Positions 10,958 to 22,033 of a stretch of 64,000 bases of DNA are shown here, piece after piece (within the stretch, counting starts at the first letter, position 1; each line of letters begins with the position of its first letter). The notes beneath the pieces were generated by a model. That model ran no database searches, was not told where the DNA came from, and worked only from the letters and a program-made list of their open reading frames with translations. A program made the translations under genes and the position numbers. The DNA comes from an uncultured Candidatus Rokubacteria bacterium (lineage in GTDB: Bacteria; Methylomirabilota; Methylomirabilia; Rokubacteriales; CSP1-6), in contig CAVXJS010000014.1 in the NCBI GenBank assembly GCA_963762145.1, positions 192,001 through 256,000 of the forward strand. Direction: 5' to 3'.

Positions 10958-11012
10958 GCCGCAGCCGTAGGCGAGGCGAGCGAATTACAAAGTCAGGCGG
11001 GATCTCCCCCCG

Positions 11013-11291
11013 CTACTTCGACGGCTGGTAGTACGGGTTGTCGCCCGAGGCGTGGTCGGTGGTGTCCAGCACTTCCTCGATCTCGGGGATCTCTTCCTTG
11101 ATCAGCCGCTCGATGCCCTGCTTCAGGGTGACGTCCGCGGCGCCGCAACCCTGGCAGCCCCCGCCCATCTGCAGATACACCTTGTTGTCCTTGACGTCCA
11201 CGAGCTGGACGAATCCGCCATGCCCGGCGACGGCCGGGTTGATCATGTTCTCGATCAGGTCCTGCACCTTGGTCATCAGCTCTTCGCTCAT
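11013..11291 (-). CDS. NifU C-terminal domain (NfuA-like) Fe-S carrier protein
   Basis: INPAVAGHGG, GGGCQGC, TLKQGIE, DTTDHASGDNPYY. GGAGG RBS. Confidence 0.9.
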   Translation of the reverse strand: MSEELMTKVQDLIENMINPAVAGHGGFVQLVDVKDNKVYLQMGGGCQGCGAADVTLKQGIERLIKEEIPEIEEVLDTTDHASGDNPYYQPSK

Positions 11292-11487
11292 GGGGCTCCT
11301 CCAGGGGACTGTCGAACTACGGCCCCTACTGTACCACCAACCGGCGCGGCCCACGATGTCGGCGGCTCGCGACGAACTTGCCTGCTCGGTAAGCCTCGGC
11401 GGGCAGTCCGTTCCAGGGTCCCTCCCTCGTCATCCCGCCACGCCGCGGATCGCCCCCTACCGGCCCGGATAGGCCGGCGGCCAAGGC

Positions 11488-11503
11488 GGGCACAGCCCTT
11501 GCT
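11488..11503 (+). promoter_or_regulatory. Putative sigma54 (-24/-12) promoter
   Basis: GGGCACAGCCCTTGCT, i.e. GG-N10-GC, 27 nt upstream of the CBS-domain gene. Confidence 0.5.
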
Positions 11504-11529
11504 GCCCCCCCTCGGCGAGGGAGGACGAT

Positions 11530-11997
11530 ATGACGGACGAACGCATCTCTCGAGCAGGCCGAACGCAGGACCACACGGTCAGCGACACGATCCGGGACGT
11601 CATGAGGCCGACCCCGAGGGGCCTGACCGTGGACGCCATGATCTCCGACGCGGCCGAGGTGATGCTCCGCGAAGACATCGGCGACGTGATCGTCCTCGAC
11701 GAGGATCGCCTCTACGGGATCCTGACGGATCGCGACATCGTGGTCCGGGTGGTCGCGGAGCGGCGCGACCCCTGCCAGACCCGGCTCGGAGACGTCTGCA
11801 GCCGCCAGCTGACGACGATCGGTCCGGACGACAGCGTAGGCCAGGCGCTCCGCCTGATGCGGGAGAAGGCGATCCGCCGCCTGCCGGTGGTCGAGGCCAG
11901 CGAGGTGGTCGGCATCCTGACGATCGGCGACATCGCGGTCGAGCGGGATTCGCGGAGCGCGCTGGCGGACATCTCCGCCGCGCCGCCGAACACATGA
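11530..11997 (+). CDS. CBS domain-containing protein
   Basis: Tandem CBS repeats (GILTDRDIVVR; IRRLPVV..VVGILTIGDI). GGAGG RBS. Confidence 0.9.
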   Translation: MTDERISRAGRTQDHTVSDTIRDVMRPTPRGLTVDAMISDAAEVMLREDIGDVIVLDEDRLYGILTDRDIVVRVVAERRDPCQTRLGDVCSRQLTTIGPDDSVGQALRLMREKAIRRLPVVEASEVVGILTIGDIAVERDSRSALADISAAPPNT

Positions 11998-12656
11998 GAC
12001 GGCCGGTCCAGGCGGCCTACGAAGCGGAGGCGCGGCGCATCGGGGGGGCCGTCGCGCTCGTCGTCGCGATCGGGGCGGGGGTGTGGGCCCTCGAGCGCGC
12101 TCGACACGGGCGCCGGGTGCCGAAGCGTCGGCCGGACATGCCGAGGCTGGCCGGCGGCCGGGGCGCCCACATCGAGCGAACGGTCACGATCCTCCGGTCC
12201 CCCGCGGAGCTCTACGCCGAATGGCATGACCTCGAGCGCCTCCCCCGGATCATGTCGCATCTCGAGTCGGTGACCCCGCTCGTGGGCCTGCGGTCGCGCT
12301 GGGTCGTCCGTGGACCGGTGGATACGAGCCTGACGTGGGAGGCGGAGATCGTGGCCGACGAGCCCGAGCGCCTCATCGCGTGGCGGTCGGTGGGCCAGGC
12401 CGACGTGCAGCATGCCGGGTCGGTCCGGTTCACGCCCGCGCCCGGCAACCGCGGCACCGAGGTCAAGGTGATCCTCACCTATGATCCGCCCGCCGGCCGG
12501 CTGGGCGTCGCGCTGGTGACGATACTTGGCCGGAGCCCCGACCAGGACGTCCGGGAGGACCTGCGGCGGTTCAAGCAGCGGATGGAGTCCCGCGAGGTCG
12601 CCACCGCCCCGATTTCTCGCAGGACCCGGCGGCTCGAGCCGGCGAGGAGCGCCTGA
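11994..12656 (+). CDS. SRPBCC (cyclase/dehydrase-like) family protein
   Basis: [53 protein letters not shown] overlap with the CBS gene. Confidence 0.88.
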   Translation: MRRPVQAAYEAEARRIGGAVALVVAIGAGVWALERARHGRRVPKRRPDMPRLAGGRGAHIERTVTILRSPAELYAEWHDLERLPRIMSHLESVTPLVGLRSRWVVRGPVDTSLTWEAEIVADEPERLIAWRSVGQADVQHAGSVRFTPAPGNRGTEVKVILTYDPPAGRLGVALVTILGRSPDQDVREDLRRFKQRMESREVATAPISRRTRRLEPARSA

Positions 12657-12657
12657 G

Positions 12658-13836
12658 ATGCGCGCGCTCGTGTGGCGGGGCGCCCGGGACGTGCGCGTGA
12701 CCAGCGCACCCGACCCGGAGATCGTCAATCCTCGCGATGCCATCGTGAAGGTGACGGCCACCGCGATCTGCGGCTCGGACCTGCACCTCTACAACGGCGT
12801 CATCCCGACCATGCAGTCCGGCGACGTGCTCGGCCACGAGTTCATGGGTGAGGTGGTCGAGGTCGGGCCCGGCGTGACGACCCTGAAGCCGGGCGACCGG
12901 GTGGTGGTGCCGTTCGCCATCGCCTGCGGGGGATGCTGGTATTGCCGGGAAGGGCTCACCTCGCTCTGCGACAACTCGAACCCCAACGCCTACATGGCGG
13001 AGGCCCTGTACGGCTTCTCCGGCTCCGGGCTCTTCGGATACTCACATCTCTACGGCGGCTATCCGGGCGGACAGGCCGAGTACGTGCGCGTCCCCTTCGC
13101 CGACGTCGGGCCGCTGCCCGTTCCGCCGTCCGTCTCCGACGAGCAGGTCCTGTTCCTGAGCGACATCCTGCCCACCGGGTACATGGCGGCGGAGAACTGC
13201 GGGATCCGTCCCGGCGACGTGGTGGCGGTGTGGGGGGCCGGGCCGGTCGGGCTCCTGGCGATGAAGAGCGCGCTCCTGCTCGGCGCCGAGCGCGTGATCG
13301 CGATCGATCGCTGGCCGGCCCGGCTCCGGCTCGCGGAGAGCGGCGCGAAGGCGGAGACCCTCGACTACGGGGAGATCGACGACGTGGTCGAGGAGCTCAA
13401 GCAGCGCACGGGCGGTCGCGGGCCGGACGCCTGCATCGACGCGGCGGGGATGGAGGCGCACGGGACGACGCTCGATGCGCTGTACGACCGGGCGAAGCAG
13501 GCGGTCCGGCTCGCCACGGATCGCTCCCACGCCCTCCGCCAGGCCATCCAGGCCTGCCGCAAGGGCGGGACCGTTTCCGTGCCCGGGGTGTACGGCGGCC
13601 TCCTCGACAAGTTTCCCCTCGGGGCGGCCTTCGCCAAGGGGCTGACGATGCGCATGGGGCAGACCCACGTGCACCGGTATCTCCGGCCGCTGCTCGGGCT
13701 CATCGAGGCGGGACGCCTCGACGCCACGTTCATCGTGAGCCACCGGTGGCCGCTGAGCCGGGCCGCGGAGGCGTACCGGATGTTCAACGACAAGAGCGAC
13801 GAGTGCACCAAGGTCGTGCTCGATCCCACCGCATGA
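12658..13836 (+). CDS. Zinc-dependent alcohol/formaldehyde dehydrogenase
   Basis: [21 protein letters not shown]...C structural zinc, [15 protein letters not shown]. Confidence 0.92.
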   Translation: MRALVWRGARDVRVTSAPDPEIVNPRDAIVKVTATAICGSDLHLYNGVIPTMQSGDVLGHEFMGEVVEVGPGVTTLKPGDRVVVPFAIACGGCWYCREGLTSLCDNSNPNAYMAEALYGFSGSGLFGYSHLYGGYPGGQAEYVRVPFADVGPLPVPPSVSDEQVLFLSDILPTGYMAAENCGIRPGDVVAVWGAGPVGLLAMKSALLLGAERVIAIDRWPARLRLAESGAKAETLDYGEIDDVVEELKQRTGGRGPDACIDAAGMEAHGTTLDALYDRAKQAVRLATDRSHALRQAIQACRKGGTVSVPGVYGGLLDKFPLGAAFAKGLTMRMGQTHVHRYLRPLLGLIEAGRLDATFIVSHRWPLSRAAEAYRMFNDKSDECTKVVLDPTA

Positions 13837-14858
13837 GCGGAGACCGGCTCGTGCGACTCGGCGCGATCGTGGGCGTCGGCGTGGCGCTCGCGGCGGGCGC
13901 GGTGATTCGCCACCGCCGGCGCTGGGAGCTGACCGATCGCACCGTGCTGGTCACGGGCGGCTCGCGGGGGCTGGGGCTGCTGGTCGCGGAGGAGCTCCTG
14001 CGGGCCGGTGCGCGCGTGGCGATCTGCGCGCGGGATCCGGACACGCTCGATCGCGCCCGCGCGCAGCTCGCCCAGGTTGCCGCCGGCCGGGTGCTCGCGA
14101 TCCCGTGCGACGTGTCGGTGCGCGAGGACGTGGAGAGCATGGTCCGTCAAGTCACCGAGCAGCTCGGCCCGATCGACGCGGTCATCAACAACGCGGGCAC
14201 GATCCTCGTCGGGCCGGCCGACGTCATGGAGCTCGAGGATTTCGAGGAGGCGATGGACGTCAACTTCTGGGGTCCGCTGCACGCGATCCTGGCCGTGCTG
14301 CCCGGGATGCGGCAGCGGGGCGCCGGACGGATCGTCAACGTCGCCTCGATCGGCGGGAAGATCAGCGTGCCCCACCTCCTGCCGTACAGCGCGAGCAAGT
14401 TCGCGCTGGTGGGGCTCTCCGAGGGGCTGCGCGCGGAGCTCGCCATCGACGGCATCCAGGTCAGCACGATCTGCCCCGGCCTCATGCGGACCGGCAGCCC
14501 GCGGCATGCCCGGTTCAAGGGGCGCCATCGTGCCGAGTACGCCTGGTTCAGCATCAGCGACTCGCTGCCGCTCGTCTCGATGAGCGCGGAGCGAGCGGCC
14601 CGGCAGATCGTGGACGCCCTGCGGCACGGAACCGCGGAGCGGATCCTCTCGCTGCCGGCCCGGCTGGCGGTGGCGGTGCACGGGCTCTTCCCGGGCCTGA
14701 CCGCGGACGTGCTCGCCCTCGTGAACCGCGGGCTGCCCGGCAGCGAGGGCGAGCCGGCCGGTCGGCGCGTGAAGGGGGAAGCCAGCACCTCGGACGTCTC
14801 CCCGTCGTGGATCACCACGCTCAACGAGCAGGCCGCCCGTCGAGCCAATCAGGTGTGA
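13833..14858 (+). CDS. SDR family oxidoreductase
   Basis: [17 protein letters not shown] catalytic motif. ATGA overlap. Confidence 0.92.
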   Translation: MSGDRLVRLGAIVGVGVALAAGAVIRHRRRWELTDRTVLVTGGSRGLGLLVAEELLRAGARVAICARDPDTLDRARAQLAQVAAGRVLAIPCDVSVREDVESMVRQVTEQLGPIDAVINNAGTILVGPADVMELEDFEEAMDVNFWGPLHAILAVLPGMRQRGAGRIVNVASIGGKISVPHLLPYSASKFALVGLSEGLRAELAIDGIQVSTICPGLMRTGSPRHARFKGRHRAEYAWFSISDSLPLVSMSAERAARQIVDALRHGTAERILSLPARLAVAVHGLFPGLTADVLALVNRGLPGSEGEPAGRRVKGEASTSDVSPSWITTLNEQAARRANQV

Positions 14859-14865
14859 GCCGGCC

Positions 14866-16404
14866 CTAGCGGGCGATCTCCCCGACGACCCGCACCCGGG
14901 TGCGGAGGGAGTTGCCCGGCAGGTAGGCCAGCGGGAGGTCCTCCACCTCCACCACGTTGATGGTGGCCCGGTCGGCGCCGGCCGCCACCGCCTTGTCCTC
15001 CGCGGCGCGACGGGCGCGCGCGATGGCCTCGTCCCGGGTGAGGTCCTGGAAGATCTGGTCCACCTCGCCGCTGACCTGGGCGATCGCGGCCCCCACCGCG
15101 TTGGCCACCGCCTGATGCGGCACGTTCAGGACCTCGGAGACACCCGCCAGGCGCGGCGGCACCAGGAACGAGCCGCCGCCCACCGCGATCAGCGGCGCGT
15201 CGCCCGCGTCGGTCTTCATGCGGTCCACGCCTTCCTCGATCATCGCGCGGATGCGCGCGAGCGCCCCGTTCACCAGCGTGGCGGGCAGCGAGGCGACCCG
15301 CTTGCGGTCGCCCAGATCGATGAGCCCGGCGGCGACCGCGACGTCGGTGACGGTGAGGACGTCGCCGCCGAAGACGAGGGCCTGCTCGGTGAGGCGATAG
15401 CCCACGCTGGCCGGGCCGATCGTGAGCGCCGGCGCGCCCACCACCCGCGTCCCGCCGCCCAGGCCCAGCGACAGCAGGTCGGGCATGCGGAAGAGGGTGC
15501 GGACCCCGCCGATCTCGACCACGCTGTTGGCCTCGCGCGGGAAGCCGTGGCGCAGGCTGCCGATATCGGTGGTGGTCCCGCCCACGTCCACCACCAGCGC
15601 CTCGTCGCGCTTGGACAGGAACGCGGCGCCGCGCATCGAGTTGGTCGGCCCGGAGGCGAAGCTGTAGACCGGGTACTCCTCGGCGACCTCGGCCAGCATG
15701 ACCGTGCCGTCGTTCTGGGTCAGATAGAGGGGCGCCTTGATGCCGCTCGCGCGCAGGGCCTCCGTGAACGCGCGCGTGGTCTTGCGGGCCAGCTCGATGA
15801 GGCAGGCGTTGAGCAGCGCCGCGTTCTCGCGCTCGAGCAGGCCGATGCGGCCCAGCCGGTGCGACAGGGTGACCGCGACGTCCGGGCAGGCCTCGCGTAA
15901 GATCGCCGCCGCTTCTTCCTCACACGTTGCGTTGAGCGGGGAGAACACCGCGGCGATCGCGACCGAGCGGATGCCGGCCTCGCGGATGCGCCGGGCCGCC
16001 GCGCGCATGCCCCTGGCGTCGAACGGGACGAGGGGGCGGCCGTCGAACTCGTGGCCGCCTTCGAGCATGACGACCTCGGCGCGCACCAGCGCGGCCAGGT
16101 CCTCCGGCCAGTCCACGAAGGGCGGCAGCGAGGCGCCCGAGGGCAGGCCGACGCGCACCGCCGCGACCCGGCCCAGGTCACGCCGCTGCACCACCGCGTT
16201 GGTGAAGTGGGTGGTGCCGATCATCGCCGCGTGCGCCTCGCGGGCGCCGGGCGCCTGCTGCACCAGCGCGGCGAGGGCGCGGGTGATCCCGGTCGTCACG
16301 TCCGGCGTGGTGGGGGTCTTCACTCCCGCCGCCACCACGTCGTCTTCCAGCAGGACCGCGTCGGTGTTGGTCCCGCCCACGTCGATGCCGATGCGCCGTC
16401 TCAC
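14866..16404 (-). CDS. Hydantoinase/oxoprolinase family protein (HyuA-like)
   Basis: RIGIDVGGTNTD, GTTHFTNA, SGPTNSMRGA, DVGGTTTD, ANAVGAA. GTG at 16404 overlaps the DUF917 stop. Confidence 0.9.
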   Translation of the reverse strand: MRRRIGIDVGGTNTDAVLLEDDVVAAGVKTPTTPDVTTGITRALAALVQQAPGAREAHAAMIGTTHFTNAVVQRRDLGRVAAVRVGLPSGASLPPFVDWPEDLAALVRAEVVMLEGGHEFDGRPLVPFDARGMRAAARRIREAGIRSVAIAAVFSPLNATCEEEAAAILREACPDVAVTLSHRLGRIGLLERENAALLNACLIELARKTTRAFTEALRASGIKAPLYLTQNDGTVMLAEVAEEYPVYSFASGPTNSMRGAAFLSKRDEALVVDVGGTTTDIGSLRHGFPREANSVVEIGGVRTLFRMPDLLSLGLGGGTRVVGAPALTIGPASVGYRLTEQALVFGGDVLTVTDVAVAAGLIDLGDRKRVASLPATLVNGALARIRAMIEEGVDRMKTDAGDAPLIAVGGGSFLVPPRLAGVSEVLNVPHQAVANAVGAAIAQVSGEVDQIFQDLTRDEAIARARRAAEDKAVAAGADRATINVVEVEDLPLAYLPGNSLRTRVRVVGEIAR

Positions 16405-17474
16405 GCGAACACCGAGCGGAAGTCGAGGTCGTAGCCGAAGGCGCGGGGGCCGACGTGCTCGATGCCCTTGGGGGTGAGCAGGATCGGCGGCGCGGGGAGG
16501 GCGATGACGGTCACGCGCTGGCCGTAGCGCAGCAGCTCGGTGCCGATCGCGTCGCCGGCGACCGTGTCGAGCACGCAGATGAGGTCGGGGGTCATGACCC
16601 GTGGCACGTCGTCGAGCCAGCCCACCGCGAACTCGTTCTGGAAGGCGAGCTTGAAGGTGTGCCCGCGGAATTGATCGAGGCCCTCGATGGTGGCGGTGCC
16701 GCGCAGGAAGCCCTCGGTGGTGCGGCGCGCGATGTCGTGGATCTTGCCGCTGAAGATCTTGAGGCCGCCCTCCGCCTCCAGCACCGCGTCGATCGGATCG
16801 CGGTGGGCCCGGCGCGCGGCCTGGACCGCCCGGCCGATGCCGATGGCCTTGGTGGTGGAGCCCAGGATCGCGCACTCCTTGATCTCCTTGCCGGTGCGCG
16901 GGGCCTTGCAGGTGGAGGCGATCGAGCCGACCTCGACGCAGGCCTTGCGGCTGATGCGCTCCATCCACTTCCAGGAAGCCGCGCGCGCCACCACCACCGC
17001 GTTGTCGCGCACGTCGGCGAGGGTGAGCGGGTACATCTTGAGGTCGTGGATGGCGAAGCTGGTCATCTGGGCTTCGGGGAACGCGCGCCCCATGCAATCG
17101 CCGTCGATCACCGGGAGATCCAGCATCGCCGCGGCCATGAACGGCTGGATCGAGTTGCCGCCGCCGATCTCGAGCGACATGAGGGCGCGGAACTTCCGCC
17201 CGAGGTACTCCTCCATCATGGTGACGGCGAGCGCCATCGTCTTGGGGTCGGTGAGCCGCTCCTGGCCGACCAGCGGCGCGCCCATGTTGGAGACCACCGC
17301 GACCAGGTCGTCGTCGGCCAGCTCGGACGCGTCCATGAGCCGGCAGACTATTCCCTGCCGGTAGAGCTGGCGCATGTTGAGCAGCGCCAGGTAGGGGCTG
17401 CCGCCGCCGCCGGTGCCCAGGATCCAGGCGCCGATGGCGAGACTCTCGATCTCCTCTGCGGACACCGGTCGCAT
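16401..17474 (-). CDS. DUF917 family protein
   Basis: LGTGGGGSP, EIGGGNS, DGDCMGRAFPE, FQNE, PDLICVLD, LRYGQRV, VGPRAFG. Confidence 0.9.
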   Translation of the reverse strand: MRPVSAEEIESLAIGAWILGTGGGGSPYLALLNMRQLYRQGIVCRLMDASELADDDLVAVVSNMGAPLVGQERLTDPKTMALAVTMMEEYLGRKFRALMSLEIGGGNSIQPFMAAAMLDLPVIDGDCMGRAFPEAQMTSFAIHDLKMYPLTLADVRDNAVVVARAASWKWMERISRKACVEVGSIASTCKAPRTGKEIKECAILGSTTKAIGIGRAVQAARRAHRDPIDAVLEAEGGLKIFSGKIHDIARRTTEGFLRGTATIEGLDQFRGHTFKLAFQNEFAVGWLDDVPRVMTPDLICVLDTVAGDAIGTELLRYGQRVTVIALPAPPILLTPKGIEHVGPRAFGYDLDFRSVFA

Positions 17475-17487
17475 CAGGTCTCTCTCA

Positions 17488-18261
17488 TCAGAAGCCGGTG
17501 AACTCCTCGAGCCCCATGAAGCGCGCGATGCCCAGGACGAGCACCAGGGCCACCCCGATGGCGAAGGCGGACACCGCGGCCGCGGTGGGGTCGAAGGAGT
17601 ACTTGAGATAGGCGAAGAGCTCGATGGGGAGCGGGGTCAGCTTCGCGCTGGTGAGGAAGAGCGACAGGGTGAAGTTGTCGAAGGAGATCGCGAAGGCGAA
17701 GATCGCGCCCGCCACCACCCCCGGCTTGATCACCCCCAGAGTGATCTCGAAGAACGCGCGCACCGGGTGGGCGCCGAGGCTCTGGGCCGCCTCCTCGAGC
17801 GCCATGTCGAAGTGGGTGAGGGTGGCGGTGACGGTGCGGATGACGTAGGGCGTGGTCACCACGATGTGGCCGATGAGCAGCGCCGAGTAGGAAGCGTGCA
17901 TCTTCAGCAGCGTGTAGAACTGGAGCAGCGCGACTCCGGTGAGGATCTGCGGCAGCAGCAGCGGCGAGGTCACGAAGGCGTTCAGCATGTCGCGGCCGCG
18001 GAAGCGCCCGCGCACCAGGACGATGGCGGCCGCGGTCCCGATGACGGTGGACGCGAGCGCGGTCCAGATCGCGAGCTCGGTGGAGAGCCAGAGGGCCTGC
18101 ATGAACTCGCGCCGCTGGAAGAAGTTGGCGAACCACTTGAGCGAGAAGCCCTGCGGGGGAAACGTGAAGTAGTTGCCCGCGTTGAACGCGGCCAGCACCA
18201 CCACCACCATCGGCAGCAGCAGGAACGCGTAGACCAGCCCCACGACCGAGCGGAGGATCAT
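17488..18261 (-). CDS. ABC transporter permease (PotC-like)
   Basis: FPPQGFSLKWF, EAA loop LEEAAQSLGA, FAISFDNF. Confidence 0.9.
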   Translation of the reverse strand: MILRSVVGLVYAFLLLPMVVVVLAAFNAGNYFTFPPQGFSLKWFANFFQRREFMQALWLSTELAIWTALASTVIGTAAAIVLVRGRFRGRDMLNAFVTSPLLLPQILTGVALLQFYTLLKMHASYSALLIGHIVVTTPYVIRTVTATLTHFDMALEEAAQSLGAHPVRAFFEITLGVIKPGVVAGAIFAFAISFDNFTLSLFLTSAKLTPLPIELFAYLKYSFDPTAAAVSAFAIGVALVLVLGIARFMGLEEFTGF

Positions 18262-19104
18262 ACGATGCCGCGGAGCGCGCGCTCGGTCACCTTGATGTAG
18301 ACCGCGATCAGGGCCACCGAGATCACGAGCAGCACGAAGGCGTTGGCGGCCCCGAACGGCCAGTCGAACACCGAGAGCACCTGCTCGTAGACCACCATCG
18401 GCAGCACGTGCACCTTGAACCCGCCGAGCAGGATCGGCACCACGAACGAGCTGATCGCGAGCGAGAAGACGAGCAGCGAGCCCGCGAGGATGCCGGGCAG
18501 CGACAGCGGCAGGGTGACCTCGAAGAAGGCCCGGCGCGGCGAGGCGCCCAGGGTCTGCGAGGCCTCGATCAGCTGGGGCTCGATGCGCTTCAGCACGCCG
18601 GTGAGCGACAGCACCATGAACGGCAGGAACACGTGCACGAGCGCCAGGGTCACGCCGAACTTGTTGTACATGAGCGGCAGCGGCTTGGTGATCCAGCCGT
18701 GCTGGGTGAGGGTGGCGTTGATGAGGCCGCGGTCGGCGAGCAGGATCATCCAGCCGTAGCAGCGGATGACGATGCCGACGAGCAGGGGCGACAGGATGAA
18801 CACGATCAGCAGCGGCTTCCAGCGCGAGCGGGTCAGGGCCAGGTGATAGGCGAGCGGGATAGCCCATCAGCAGGGAGACCACGGTGGTGAGCACGCCCGA
18901 GCCACAGGGTGTCCGCGAGCACGCCAGGTAGTACGTGTCGGTGAAGAAGCGGACGTAGTGGTGCGGGGTGAACGTCCACTCGAACTGGCCGAACGACTGG
19001 CGCGAGAAGCTGATCGCGAGCATCAGCACGAGCGGGGCCGCGAAGAACACGGCGAGCAGCAGGACGTAGGGCCCCAGCAGCAGGACGCGGGCGCCGCGGG
19101 TCAC
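18258..19104 (-). CDS. ABC transporter permease (PotB-like), frameshifted near 18850-18920
   Basis: N-terminus [12 protein letters not shown] and C-terminal part with [11 protein letters not shown] lie in different frames. Likely sequencing indels. Confidence 0.8.
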
Positions 19105-19107
19105 GGG

Positions 19108-19786
19108 TCAGCGGCCGAGCAGCTCCGCGGCGACGCGGGCCACGAGCAGATTGGCCACCAGCGTCGGCGCGCCGGTCAGCGCGGCGATCTCGTCGCGCGT
19201 CTTGCGGCGGAAGCCGATGCAGTCCATGACCACGAGGCCCGCGTGGCCGGCGCGCAGCGCGTCGGCGGCGCGGCGCACCGCGGCGGGATCGTTCTCCTCG
19301 TAGGGGGAGAGCGGAGCGACGTGGGCGTCGAATCCCGAGGCGCGCCAGCGCGCGGTGGTCTGCGGCACGTGGCGCTCGGACGGGGTGAGCACGCCCAGGC
19401 GCCCGGGGAAGACCATGGCGCGGAGGAGGCCGAGCAGGAGCTGCTGCGGCTCGAGGAACGGCCGGCGCGCCCGGAGCTTCGGGAACTCGCCGGTGCAGAG
19501 GAGCACGTTCAGCGCGGCCCCGCGATCCTCCAGCGCGGCGATCTTCGCCTCGATGCGCGGGATCATCTTGGTCTTGCCGACGAAGACCGACGAGCCGTCG
19601 CCGAGCCGGGTGACGATGATCTCGTCGTCGCCCTCGGGCGCGAGCGGCGCCATCTGCTCGCGGCGTGAGCCCGTCGAGCGCGCCCGCCTCGACGATCTCG
19701 ACGTCGCCGCCGAGGATCGCCGCCATGTCCGGCACCACGTCGCTGCGCGGCGACTGCCCCACCGTGATCAACCCGACCTTGGTCAT
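19108..19786 (-). CDS. AroM family protein, frameshifted near 19667
   Basis: [23 protein letters not shown] continues in another frame as [24 protein letters not shown]. Confidence 0.82.
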
Positions 19787-20905
19787 GTCCGCTCCTCCTT
19801 GCCGAATGCGTCCTGCCCGATGGTTTCCGGCCCGATGGTGTCGTGGATGATGCGGGCGTCGGCGGCCGCCCAGCCGGCGCGCACGCGGGCGCCGGCCTTG
19901 AAGCGCACCTCGCCCAGCTCGACGGCCTGCAGCTCGAGCCCCGCGTCGCTCTTCAGGATGTAGCGCACGGTCTCGCCCTGGTAGACCACGTGCGCCACCG
20001 TCATCGGGAGCACGGTGTCCAGCGCGCCCGGCGGGGTCGAGCGGATGCGCTCCGGGCCGCAGCGCGACCGCCACGGTCGCGCCGGCCGGCGCCGGCGCCG
20101 GTGGCCGCGAGCGTGGCGCCGCGCGCAGTCGACGACGCCCGCGGCCACGGCGCGGCCGGACAGCAGGTTGATGTTGCCGATGAAGCTGGCGACGAACGCG
20201 GTGCGCGGGCGTCTCGTAGAGCTCGCGCGGCGGCGCCACCTGCTCGACGCGCCCGCGGTGCATCACCGCGATGCGGTCGGACATGGTGAGCGCCTCTTCC
20301 TGGTCGTGCGTCACGTAGATCGTCGTGATGCCGACCTCGCGCTGCAGCCGCTTCAGCTCGATCTTCATGTGGTCGCGCAGCTTCTTGTCGAGCGCGCCGA
20401 GCGGCTCGTCGAGCAGGAGCACGGCCGGCCGGGTGACGAGCGCGCGCGCGAGCGCGACCCGCTGCTGCTCGCCGCCGGAAAGCTGGCGCGGATAGCGCTC
20501 GCCGTGGCCGGGGAGCTGCACGAGCGCGAGCGCCTCGGCGACGCGCCGCCCGATCTCCGCCCGCTCCACGCGCTGCATGCGGAGGCCGAACGCCACGTTC
20601 TGCGCGACGGTGCGGTGCGGGAACAGCGCGTAGTGCTGGAACACCATGCCGACGCGGCGCAGGTGCGGCGGCACGCCCGTGACGTCGGCTCCGTTGATCG
20701 CGACCACGCCGGCGTCCGGCGTGACGAAGCCGGCCACCGAGCGTAGCGTCGTCGTCTTGCCGCAGCCGGAGGGGCCGAGCAGCGTGAAGAACTCGCCCGG
20801 CACCATGGCCGAGCGAGACGCCGTCGAGCGCCAGAGTCGTCCCGTAGCGCTTGACGAGGCCGGTCAGCGTGACGGTGCCGCTGCGCCGGGCGCGGCCTCG
20901 GTCAA
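19783..20905 (-). CDS. ABC transporter ATP-binding protein (PotA-like), several frameshifts
   Basis: [36 protein letters not shown]-like tail in another frame. Start approximate. Confidence 0.82.
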
Positions 20906-21932
20906 CGCATCTCCCGGTTCCACTTCTCGGTCCACAGCGGCCGCTGCTTGGCCACCTGCGCCCAGTCGAACACCACGAGCTTCTCCACGTCGGCCGGCCC
21001 GCTGATGATCTTCCTCGCCACGTCCGGCGGGCAGCTTCACCGTCCGGTTGGTCGGGCTCCAGAAGAGCTCGGTCGCGAAGGCGAGCTGCACCTCGGGCGA
21101 GATGTAGGCGTCGATGAACTTCCACGCGAGGTCCTCGGTTCTTCGAGCCGCGCGTGACCTGCACGATCTGGTCGAGGATGCGGCTGGCCCTCGACGGGGG
21201 CCACCCAGTCCACCGGGATCCCGCGCTTCTGGAGATCGTAGGTCCCCGCGTCGTGGAGCACGGCGATCACGACCTCCTTCTGCTCGAGCTGCTTCTCCAT
21301 CGTGCCGGAGAAGTCGACCAGCTTCGGCCGGGCGCGCTTGATGGCGGCGACGCCCGCGTCGACGTCGAAGTAGTCCTTGCCGTAGAGCTTCGAGATCATG
21401 AAGAGGAAGTTGATGCCGAGCGTGTTGCCGATGACGTAGGTGGCGCGCTTGCCCGCGTACGCCTCGTCCCAGAAGTCCTTCCACGAGGTCGGCTTCTTGA
21501 CCCCGGAGTCGGTGCGGTACGCGAGCCCGATGCGCCCCCAGAACATGGCGAGGCTCGTGTCGCCGATCAGCGCCTTCGGGTAGAGGTTCTTGATGTTGGG
21601 CGCCAGCGCGTCGTTGCGCTTGTCGAAGAAGCCGCGCTCGCGCGGGATCGGGAAGGCGGGCTCGTTGCCGAAGAGCACGTCGTACGGCGGGTTGTCGGGG
21701 CCGGCGGCGAGGAGCTTCGCCACCCACTCGGTCTGATACCGGTGACGACCTCGACCTTCACGCCGTGCTTCTTCTCGAAGGGCTCGACGAGCGCCTTCTT
21801 CATCACCTCCGACCAGCGGCCTCCGTAGCCGGTGACGACGAGCGTGGGCTGCTGGGCCTGGACGGGGAGAATCGGGAGGAGGAGCGTGCCGGCCAGGATG
21901 GCGATCAGGACCACGGTCAGGCGACTTCTCAT
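20902..21932 (-). CDS. ABC transporter substrate-binding protein (PotD/PotF-like), several frameshifts
   Basis: Signal peptide MRSRLTVV, YGGRWSE..LVEPFEKKHGVKV, PTSWKDFWD, ending WNREMR-TGA. Pieces lie in different frames. Confidence 0.8.
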
Positions 21933-22033
21933 GAGCAGGCCTCCACTGAGGACGCGATGGGGAAACGGGCAGGGCGAGTCATCGATGTGGCCTCTGCTTT
22001 TCTCACGAACCCCACCGATGTTCAAGGAGGAAG

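Noticed and set aside
18258-21932. Programmed frameshifting or true pseudogenes in the Pot-like cluster
   Set aside because: Too many scattered indels, no consistent slippery sites, and flanking motifs are intact. Sequencing error is the simpler explanation.
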